Of a stretch of 64,000 nt of DNA, positions 28,801 to 40,500 are shown piece by piece. Below the pieces are notes generated by a model that worked only from the letters and a program-made list of their open reading frames with translations, ran no database searches and was not told the DNA's origin. Both the position numbers and the translations under genes were made by a program. Source of the DNA: Chrysomallon squamiferum (taxonomy: Eukaryota; Animalia; Mollusca); assembly GCA_012295275.1 (NCBI GenBank), contig CM022670.1, forward strand, positions 14,136,001-14,200,000, read 5' to 3'. Position 1 is the first letter of the stretch, and each line of letters begins with the position of its first letter.

Positions 28801-29668
28801 AGGCTATTATAGAAAAATGTATTAGAAAAGCAGAAGGTAAAACTAATAACATAGTTTATAGGTAAAGTTATTAAATAAAGGAAAGGATATTGTAGGATAG
28901 CAATTATTAATGATAGTTTGTTATTGCACTGAAATGATGTTGTAAGCAGATGGAATGATTCATGAATACAGACATAGATTTATTATCATTCCATATATAG
29001 TTTGCTTGTGATCTGTGTTTATATAATTAAATAGCAATGATAGTTAAAAAAACAATCCCCATAAATACATGTTACAGAAAATCAAAGAATAATAATGATA
29101 ATAATAAAAAATAAAATAAAAAATAAAGAATAAAACATCCAAACAAAACCACCAAACAAAACCAACCAACAAAACAACAAAAATCTCAAACAAAATACAA
29201 AGAATTATCTGGGTGTACATGTATATATGTTTGTGTTTATGTATGTGAACACCAAAAATAAGATTCATATTGGGTCTTTTTTCTAAAAATATTCATGACC
29301 TATTGACACTTACTTATAAATACTTCTGATTTGAGCATATGATAATAAAGTCTTCCAAAAAGCAATGTAATTTTACTGGGTGTGTGTATAATATTGTTTT
29401 TAGCATGTACAGGTATTATGTTCACTTGTTTATATTTTAACAATATTGAACAAAGCAAATTTAGGGATTGTGGAATATATATTTACATCATTTTGCTGTC
29501 ACAGACATCATCATAATGACATGAAATTTACAACTATTAATTAATAAATGTTTGTCATAAAATAATCTTGCTTTTCATGTCAAATGATTAATTTCTTAAG
29601 GATTAGTGGTGTTACATACATAAAAATATTTCAGGACCAGTGGCCATGTAATTAGTAAAAAATATATT

Positions 29669-29699
<31 letters not shown>

Positions 29700-32600
29700 T
29701 TATTATTATTATTTTTTTTGTTTCAGGTATACAGACAGTTTTAGTAGCTTTAATGGCACAGAAGGCTGAAGTGAAGTATGACCCAGCATACATCCTTCCA
29801 TCTCAGATAGCAAGTGCGATTAACGAACTTGGTTTCAGAGCTTCTGTTCTAGAGGTAGATGGTGCTGGGGAAGGAACTGTGGAACTCACTGTAAGTTTTT
29901 AAAAAAATTTAAGAAAGAAAGAAAAAAGAATAAAATAAAAAATAAAATAAACAAAAATAAACAAAAATAAATAAATAAATATAAAAATGAAAAATAAAAT
30001 AATAATAAATAAGACAATTTTTAAAAAGAAAAACATTAAAAAAAAACATACGTATAGCCTGTGAATATGGAATATTTGTTTACATTGTTTTCAGGAATAG
30101 TTTTTTTTTTTGCAAGTACATGTAGCACATTAAAAGCTAGAAAATTATTACTTAATAAATTTTAATCCATTAAATATAATAATAATTTCCATGTTAATAA
30201 TTCATGTCCATTAAATAAATATTGTTATTTCACAGATTAAGAAGATTTCATGATCTTTGACTTGTTTTTTTATTATAAATATGTATGGACAGTTTTTTTT
30301 CTACGTACATAGACTAACAAACATACATATATCTATCTACACACACACATATATAGACACATACACACAAACACAGATACACGCTAATACACTTTATTTG
30401 CTAAACATTCTCTACAGCACACAAATAACTACATCAAAAATGTATTATTAATTTTTTTTATCATTAAACGATAATAAGCTTGTTTAATAAATTGTGTTTT
30501 GAGAGGGAAAAAAGTAAATTGAAAATATTATCTTGCGCTTCCATGAAACAGATTGTAAACTGTATTTTATTTGAAGTCAGCAAAACCTTTAAATTTTGTT
30601 TTTAAATTAATATTTTTTTGTATTTATTTGTGTGCACTACAGAATGTTATCAAATAGTGCATTAGCATGTGTGTGTGTGTGTGTGTGTTATATATATTAT
30701 TGTATATGTATGTATATGGCACATCTCTCTATTTTTGTGTGAATTTGTGTATATGTCATTCTGAATATGTAAACATACATATACATCTAGGTGTGTCCAG
30801 AAATGAATACTAATGTCTCTTTCTATTCATATTTTTATTTAATAATTTTCTCATTAAGATTACTGGTATGACCTGCTCTTCCTGTGTTCACCTCATTGAA
30901 TCTACACTGAAAAAGAAACCAGGAATAATAGCTGCTTCAATAGCACTGTCCACATCCAAAGGGAAATTTACTTACAAAACAGATACCACTGGGCCCAGAG
31001 ATATCATTGAAATCATAAAGGTAAAATAAATCATCTTTAAAATTCAAAATATTAAGATTCAAGTAAATGATTGTTCAATTTGTAAAGCAATATTATTTAT
31101 CATTAAAATAGGCATTAAATATTTAGAGATATTTTTTGGACAATGATGAAAAATAAAATGAAAAAAAAGAATAATAAATAAAAAAAATAAACATAAAATT
31201 GAAGAAAAAAAAAATCTGTTTTAAATTTTTGCAGTAGTATTAAGTTTTAATCCAGTGGAAATTAATTTATGACATATTCTGACCAATTATCAATATGATA
31301 AGAAAAAAAAAGAAAAGAAAAAAGAATTTTACACATATAGTGATAAACATGACCATTGATTTAACATTTAGTCCCCCTAAAAAAGATTCCAACAACAAAC
31401 CCCCCTAAAAAAAAATCTGAGATCAGTTTGTTTCTTTAACGCAATCTGTTGCAAGTGGTTATTTTTATTGTTCCTAAATTTATATATAATGTTTGCACGA
31501 AAGACAGTAAATTATTCATGTTTTTTACATTTTTGTATTTTAATGTTGATATAATTGACCAGTGCTAACTTCAGTCTCTTGCATTTCATATATTAAATAC
31601 ATACATTTTCTGTTTTATTGTTTTAATATTCTTGTCTACCATTATCAGCATCCTAATTTTTCTGATTTTTCTTTTTCTTAATAACAGTCTCTAGGCTTTG
31701 AGGCTCATTTAGTCACAGATGATGATGACATTGCCAGATATGATCACAGAGATGAAATAAGAAGGTTTGTATTTTCAGTTTTTCATGTTCTGTTGAATTC
31801 TTAGCTGTTACCAAAATGTGACATAACTATAACTGAATCAGGAGTTAGTTAGACCCAGAAAACCAGGAACTGGCAAACCACAAACTAGCCACTGATTACT
31901 AATTCTTGTGATAAGGATCAATCAAATGGACCCAAATTTTGGCCTTAATGTTAGATGCAAGATGTTTGATGCTGGACTATAAGTAACATGGTAGATTAGT
32001 CTTAAATTTAACATGTTTCATAAATTAGAACATAATTGATTCAGGTGTAGGACTTCCTCATAGTAGTTCCAAAAACTGATTAGATAATAGATTCAATGAA
32101 TTAAAAATAATCGATATTTCTGTATATATATATATATAGTGTGTGTGTGTGTGTGTTTGTGTGTGTGTACACATGTGTAATGGATATATATACTAGATCT
32201 AGTATTTAAGATGTAGTGATAGATTCAAGGATTATTTTTGTATTATTATTTTTAATGTGTTCTGTTGTAAAACAGTTTTAAATTACAACATATTAAAAAA
32301 AAATTTGTGACTATTTTTTTAATTCTTTTTTTTAGATGGCGAAACTCATTCTTGCTGTCCTTGGTGTTTGGTTTGCCAGCAATGATAGTGATGGTGTACT
32401 TCATGTTTCACAAACCCTCAGACAATCATCATGTTTTGCTAAATGACACAGAGAACATCTCTACAACAATCAAACCTAAAATGAAAATACCCGGACATTA
32501 TCAGATCATGGTCATACCAGGACTCTCTGTGGAAAATCTTCTCCTTTTTCTGCTGTCAACTCCTGTTCAGGTGTGTGAATATTTAAATAAATAAATAAAT

Positions 32601-33796
32601 AAATAAAACAAAATTGAAGAAGTTGTTAGAAATTGACATACCAGTTATGTGCTTCCATTTACTAACTGAATAATAACTGGTCAGTCCAGGGGCCATGTTT
32701 CTGAAGCTGTCATTATGTAAAGCAATATGTTAACATGTCACTGAACAAAAGGTTCATGATCTCAAAGGTGTCATTATAAACGTTGTTAGCCTACGATATC
32801 GTTATAACAACATATAAATGAAACTTTTGGCTAATAGTTGTTAACTCAGTTGTTATGTTGTCATTTGCTTTATGTTATAATTTAATGACAGAGCTCTTCA
32901 GGAACATGGCCCCAGATCATGAATACAAAGAATCTACATATGGAATAAATGTTTGTTCATTAATGATAGACAAGAGGTTAAACAAATGCAAATCTGTATC
33001 CTCCATTGAAAAATGTAAGAAGAAAAAAAAAGGAATTACAAAGAACATATATGTAACAGTGGCAGTCTGGATTGCCAATCAAACCAAGCTGAAAAAAAAA
33101 AAAAAAAAAAAAAAAAGGAAATAACAAGATCCATGATCCACCCACATTTTTCCTTGATTTATTATTTCATTATTATTACATTTATTTATTTCTTTATGTT
33201 CTTTTTTTTTTTCAGTTTATTGGAGGCAAATACTTTTACATCCAGGCTTACAAAGCAGTGAAACATCATGCCACAAACATGGATGTTTTGGTTGTCTTAG
33301 CAACAACAATATCTTACACGTATTCGGTGTTGATAGTGATTGTTGCCATGGGCATTCGGGAGAAGACCAGCCCAATGACATTTTTTGAAACTACTCCAAT
33401 GTTGATGGTGTTTATATCCCTGGGCAGGTGGCTGGAACACATTGCTAAGGTGCATGTTTGTAAATTTTAATGAGTTAGCAACAAAGAATTAGTACAATCT
33501 CTAATAATTGATTCATCCAAATATGTAAATATATTTGTTAATATGCAGATGAAGGATGTTCATATATAATATATCTGTTATCTGTGTAATGTGTATATGT
33601 GAATAAGTATGGTTCATGTTTAGATGACTGTATGTGTGGTGCATGACATTTTTAATCTCTGCTTTTTGCAAAGTTTGTAAATTGTGTAAGGTGTGGTGTG
33701 GATGTGCATGTATTTGGTATGTATCTGAGTTTGTGTGACAGAAGATTGGATTAGGATAAAAGATACTGATAGTGGGGAAGAAAAAGGGATTGCATT

Positions 33797-33829
<33 letters not shown>

Positions 33830-36800
33830 TTGTATATTAGATGGAATGAGACTTAATATGAATGAGGAAGTTAGAGTGATGGAGAATTGAGGAAAAAGAA
33901 ACAAATATTAAAAACTGATTTGGGTGAACTGGTATGTAATGTTGGTTTTTATATTTAGGGCAAGACAAGTGAAGCTTTGGCCAAATTGATGTCACTTCAG
34001 GCCTCAGAGGCTGTTCTAGTGGAGGTGGACAAAGAATACAATGTACTGAGAGAAGAAACCATCAGTGTTGATCTGGTACAGAGAGGTGATGTGTTGAAGG
34101 TTAGCATCTTGAATGTTTAGTCATAGATTTTTTAATTAAATAGCATAAACTTGGATTATGTTTGTATTAAGAAATCTTAAAATGTTGTTACAGAGGGAAC
34201 CATCCTGTTTCAGAACCTGTTTAATTTCTTTTTCAAATAACTGTTAAATAATGAGTTTATGGTATGTTCATACTTCACTGTTGTCAGTCATATTCAGATG
34301 TTGAACTGTTGTCTTATTTAATTGTTTAGGTGGTGCCTGGTGAAAAGATTCCAGTGGATGGACGAGTTCTTGATGGAGCATCAACTTGTGATGAGTCTCT
34401 TATTACAGGAGAGAGTATGCCAGTGCCAAAAAACCAGGTAATTTGAACACATGATTCTGATATTGAGCACAAAAATATAATTACAGTAACACTTTCAGTA
34501 TGAAACAGAAAAGCAAATTTTTCTCTCATTCATATTCTGCATGGATGAAATGTTGTGTTATCCATCCTTTTAGTTTTTTCTTAGAAAGGTGACTAAGCCA
34601 TTATTTGCTTCATATAAAAAATTAAAATCTTCTGATTTATTACATTTTACAGGTAGCTCTGTTATTGGTGGTTCCATCAACCAAAATGGAGTTCTGTTGA
34701 TAGATGCTACACACATAGGTTCTGACACAACCTTGGCTCAAATTGTCAAACTAGTTGAGGAAGCTCAGACTTCAAAGGTAAAAATATTTTCATTTGTACA
34801 TTTGCTCAAAAAAAAAGAAAGAAAGATATATATATATATATATACCTAAAAGATAAATATTCAAATGCTCAGCTGAAAAGATAAATTGTGGCACTGTCAG
34901 TGAGCTGATACAGATTTAGTGATTAATCATACCAGCACATTGCCATGAAAAATTGTTTATTTAAAGTAAAATCAATGTAAGGCACCAGTCTGAAATTCAT
35001 TATACTTATGCTATTGATATACCACTTGTTATGATTGAAATAAATGTCTTTTGTTGTTGTGTACAAACTTTTGTTCATAATAAATATAATGCAATGTTTT
35101 CTATAAACTTTCTTTTCCAGGCTCCAATCCAAAACCTTGCTGACAAAATTGCTGGCATCTTTGTTCCCATTGTGTGTTCGTTATCTTTACTGACGTTGAT
35201 TACATGGGTCATCCTTGGCTTTGTTGATGTCAGTTACATTGCTCCTGAATATGAGGTTTGCCCATCATTTGTTGGTTAACTATTTAATATGATTAAAATT
35301 TGTACTTGATTAAACATTTTTTTTAAATTTTAAACATCTAAAAAATAAAGTTGGAATTTTATTTTGATGAATGAGAATAAATATATTTATATATGAAATT
35401 AAGATAAATGATACATTTCCTAATTTATTATAGGAAGGAGGATCAGTCTTGAAGCATGAAGCCATCTTTGAGAAAGCATTTCAGTATGCCATTACTGTTC
35501 TCAGCATAGCCTGTCCATGTGCACTTGGCTTGGCAACACCTACTGCAGTGATGGTAGGCACAGGAGTTGGAGCCATCAACGGCATACTCATCAAAGGAGG
35601 GGAACCATTAGAAACCACTCACAAGGTGTGTAAAAATAATTTTTATAATGTAATACTTCCTAGATACTCTATTCTTAATCATAATTGCTCTTTTATCTCT
35701 TGGATGATTTACACATAACGCATTATATCAACTTGTGTCCCTATACTAGAATCAACAAATGGCCTTAACAAAATTTTGCACCTTTAGAAATATAATAGGA
35801 CAGTAATGTAATAAAGCCTTTGAAGATGGGTACTTTGTGACTAATGTTTTCACTTGTTTTGTGTTGTCACACAGTCTATACAAATATTTGTTAAGTTCTT
35901 TGTAATTACTTAAATCAGTAATGAAAAAAAAACAAAAAGAAAGAAGATAAGCACTGGATAAGCAAAATAACTAAGTCATTAGCAAAGTTAAATATCCAGT
36001 GGTCTCCATAAGTTGTTTCAATTTTAACATTTCTACATTTAAATGATGTCACAGAATTTTACTGTCATGCTTTTGTTAGAATAACATTGTAAACAATACA
36101 GAAATTCATAAAAATGTATTCATCTTTCTTTTTTCACATATTACATTATTTCAATCATGTTTAGGCTAAAGTAGTATTACATGTGTTGTTAATTTTGTGT
36201 TCTCTTGATTCAGGTGAAGTGTGTGGTGTTTGACAAGACTGGAACAGTGACTCATGGCATTCCACGTGTCACCCGAGTCTCGATGTTTGTTGAAGAAAAA
36301 GTTTGCTCATTTGTCCGGTTGCTTGCAGTTGCTGGTACAGCTGAAGCCAGCAGTGAACATCCCATAGCTTCTGCCATTGTCAAGTACACTAAAGAGGTGA
36401 GTTAGCTTTGATTTCATTTTGAATAATTAGTGGTTCATTCGGAATTAGAATCAGGGTAATTGCAGTTTTTTTTAATACAGAACAATGGCTAATGTATTTG
36501 TCCATGCATATTTGTACAGTGAGATGTATCTTTTCAGAAAAATGTTCATGTTTACAGACTCAGTAAATTTGTTCATAAAAGGAGATAATACCTTGTGCGA
36601 GCTAAATTTGTATTTTAATATGAAGGGAAACAACTCTAGTGATAAAGGCAGCTGCATAATTTAAAGTATGGTTCTGTTAATTCACCCTGTATTTTCATGA
36701 TATTGTAAGCAGGCACTGTTGTCTAGGGTTAGAATCATATTTGAGTCTTCAATTTGTTTATTCCATAATGTTTTAAATAACATGTGAATATACATTAAAT

Positions 36801-37288
36801 ACAAATTTGAACATAAAATTAACTATAGCTGTTGTTAATATTATTATTCTCCAGACACTGAAAACAGAAAACCTAGGTAAAGTTAAGAATTTTGTTGCTG
36901 TTCCTGGCTGTGGACTGAAATGTGAAGTGCAGCAAGTTGAACCTCTCCTAGCTACATTGGATCTTGAAGGTGTCAACAACCGCAAAAATCAATTCGGCAG
37001 TGTCCGCATCAAAACTGACCACACCAGGTTAGGAGATCTGGAACTCTCCTCATTACATATCACTGGTAAGAATCAGTTCATGTTAAAGTTTGTACAAAAA
37101 TATGATTTTGTTTTTTTGTTAAATTTCAACAGTAGTTTTAGACAAAAAAAGAGTGTTTATATTTTTAATTTACTTTCAAGACATTGTTTTGTTTCTGATG
37201 GAATAATGTAGTAGATCCATAATTAATTTTTATATACTTCTAAGTGATTTTTTTATTTGTTCCTCAACACTAATAATAAAAGTAGTAC

Positions 37289-37348
<60 letters not shown>

Positions 37349-37496
37349 GTTACTTTAGTGTTTAATTGCTTGTTTAGGTCTTAAATTACAAGCAGTATTT
37401 TCTTTTGATATAGTCTTAGCATGGTGCCATTAGAATCATTAAATGTGAATCAACAGTTACTCCACATGTATATATCTATATCTATACATATATATA

Positions 37497-37533
<37 letters not shown>

Positions 37534-40500
37534 CATTATATAGACTAATGTTTGTTTTTTGTTGTATATAGATTCAATTATGCAGAATTCAACATCCAAG
37601 GTTTACGAAGTTCTGATAGGAAACAGAGAGTGGATGCATCGTAATGGTTTAACTGTCACTGAAGAAATGGAAAATGTTATGACTGAACATGAGGAGCAGG
37701 GTCACACTGCTGTCCTCTGTGTTGTTGATGGTAAAATATCTACTGTGCAATAATATAGCATCATAATTCTTTTTTTGAAAATTTTATTCTATTTTATTTA
37801 TTATTTTTATTATTATTCTTGTTGTTGTTTGTTTATTTTAATTTTAATAACAAATTTAATTGGTTATATTTTTGTTTATTTAGATAATTTATTTTATATA
37901 CTTTATTGTATTTATTTTTTAAATATTTTGGAAAAATTCTTATTTTTCTCTTTTGAAATAACTGTTAAATAAATAGTTTTAAAATATTCAGAAGATAATA
38001 AAGTTTATCTAAATATTTGTTTTTAATGAAAGAATACAGTTATTTAATTTATGTATTACGAAGAGCCTTACTCAAGGAATCGCCTGGATTATAAAGTTTG
38101 GTTAAGTTGATTAAAATCGTAATAACTGATGTTTAAAAATATTATCTATTACTAGTTTTGGTCTATTACTTAAGTACATTGTCAATTTTTGATTGTGATG
38201 TTTTGTCAGCCTTGGATAAAAGAATGGAATTTTGTGATTGTTGCAATGCTGGCCATTAAAACAGTATCGTAAATTACTAAGTGTAATGTCCATTATACCA
38301 GAAGTATAAAAGAAAGAATAAACAAACAAACTGTATGAAATTAAACATTACTGATAAGTTACAATCTTTACAATTATTCCTAAATACAAAACTAAAGTAA
38401 AAAGAATTCAAAATGAAGAAATCTGTGAAAGCATCCATACATCTGAGTAGCTGCAGGGGTTAAATTGATAAAACATTTTGTTGCTTACAGGCGTGATTGT
38501 TGCTATGCTGGCTGTGGCTGACATGGTGAAGTCTGAGGCTCATTTGGCCATTCACTGTCTGAAACGTATGGGTCTGCAAGTGATTTTGTTGACTGGAGAC
38601 AACAACAAAACTGCCAAAGCCATTGCAAAGCAGGTGAGTCTTTCTTGTTTTGTGTTCTTCTGGGTTTTTTCCAACTGTTTATTCATTAATTATTTGTTGA
38701 TTTATTGTTTTTGTTCAGTCATTTTATTAATTATTTGTTAAGTTCATTGCAAAAAATACTTCGTAATATTCATTATTTTTCTTGCATAACTCTTGAACCC
38801 TTTTCTGTTTCATATGTAGACTTATGTGACTGTTATTTCAAAGGCTGTGGTTATAAGTCCTATACCAATCTTTTTTGATCCATCAGAACTAAGCTAAATA
38901 ATTCAGACAGTTTAATTCTAACAATTTTGTTTTCTTTTGTGATAGATTGGAGTGAATCGTGTGTTTTCTGAAGTTCTGCCATCCCACAAAGTGAAGAAAA
39001 TCAAACAGCTACAGAAACAAGGCTTGAAGGTTGCAATGGTTGGAGATGGGGTCAATGATTCACCTGCACTGGCTCAGGCTGATGTGGGTATTGCCATTGG
39101 CACAGGAACTGATGTAGCAGTAGAAGCTGCAGATATTGTTCTTATCAAGGTAAGTAAAAATGTATAACTAAAATTAATTTACTACTTCTGTAGTATAAAT
39201 TGTTTTTCAGTGTCAAATATAATAATGGAAAATAGAGCTCATTGCTAAATTCAAATCTGAATGTTAATAAACTTCAGTTTTGCTTTAAGGTTTGCGATAC
39301 CAGAGATCGTAAGTGATAATAAACACAGAAACAGAAACTGTGGAGTATATTTGCATGGATTATGGACAGATTTGTTCACTGAGAAAGTATTTCACACTGA
39401 AAAATCATAATTTCATAGACTGGTTGCATCTTCAGGTAACATGGACAGACGTAACAGAAGAACAGCATTTTTAACACAGCCACATAATAACAAAATAATT
39501 GGGATTCAGGACTAGTTTCATAATAACCATTTAATATTAAAATCTGTTGACATTTCATTTAATACAAACAAATTCATCCATGATAGATATGTCTGTCTGT
39601 CTATCTACATATACACACACACACACATATCTATATACATTCATACATACATACATACATACATACATACATGTACCTACTGTATTTTCAGAATGATCTG
39701 CTAGATGTGTACTGTGCTATCAAGCTCTCTAAGATGACTGTCCGTCGAATTCGTCTCAACTTTGTTGCAGCTTCTGTCTACAACCTTATTGGTATTCCAA
39801 TTGCTGCTGGTAAGTTACTCTTTATTCAACTTATAAGAAATTACTGTTAGGTTATGAAGTTAGTAAAATTTATAATGAGAATAAAAATTCATCAGTGAAA
39901 AAAATCAAAATGTTCAGTGTTCTTTATACAGCAAAGTGTCCATTTAACAGAAATATAAAAAAAAAAAATCTTTTTTTTTCAGGTGTTTTTGTCCCTCTTG
40001 GACTCTCTCTGCGTCCCTGGATGGCCTCTGCTGCCATGGCGATGTCATCTGTATCTGTGGTGGTGTCATCACTGTTGTTAAAGCTGTAAGTGTCACAGTT
40101 AATATTAGATTTTCAAATATTTTAAATAATTAGCATAGCATTAAATATAATATGGGATGGAACCCATTTTGATATATCTTACTATATCTATGGTTCTAAG
40201 GTTTTTATAGTCATCAGTTTTATTATTTTTACAGTTACCATTGTGATTATACTGCTATTATTATTATCATTTGCTTATTTTTCTTGTTATTGTCAGTATT
40301 GTTGTAATGGCCTATTACATTATTATTGTTATTTTCTTTAACATTTTAATTCAATTTACTCTAGTTTCAAAAAGCCTCAGAAAGACAAAATGATTACAAC
40401 AGATTATTTCAAGAAGTTCTATGATGATCAGAACAGTGATACCATTTCCTTGCACCGGGGCATGGAAGAAGACCCACCCAGTACCAAGGGCAGCAAACAG

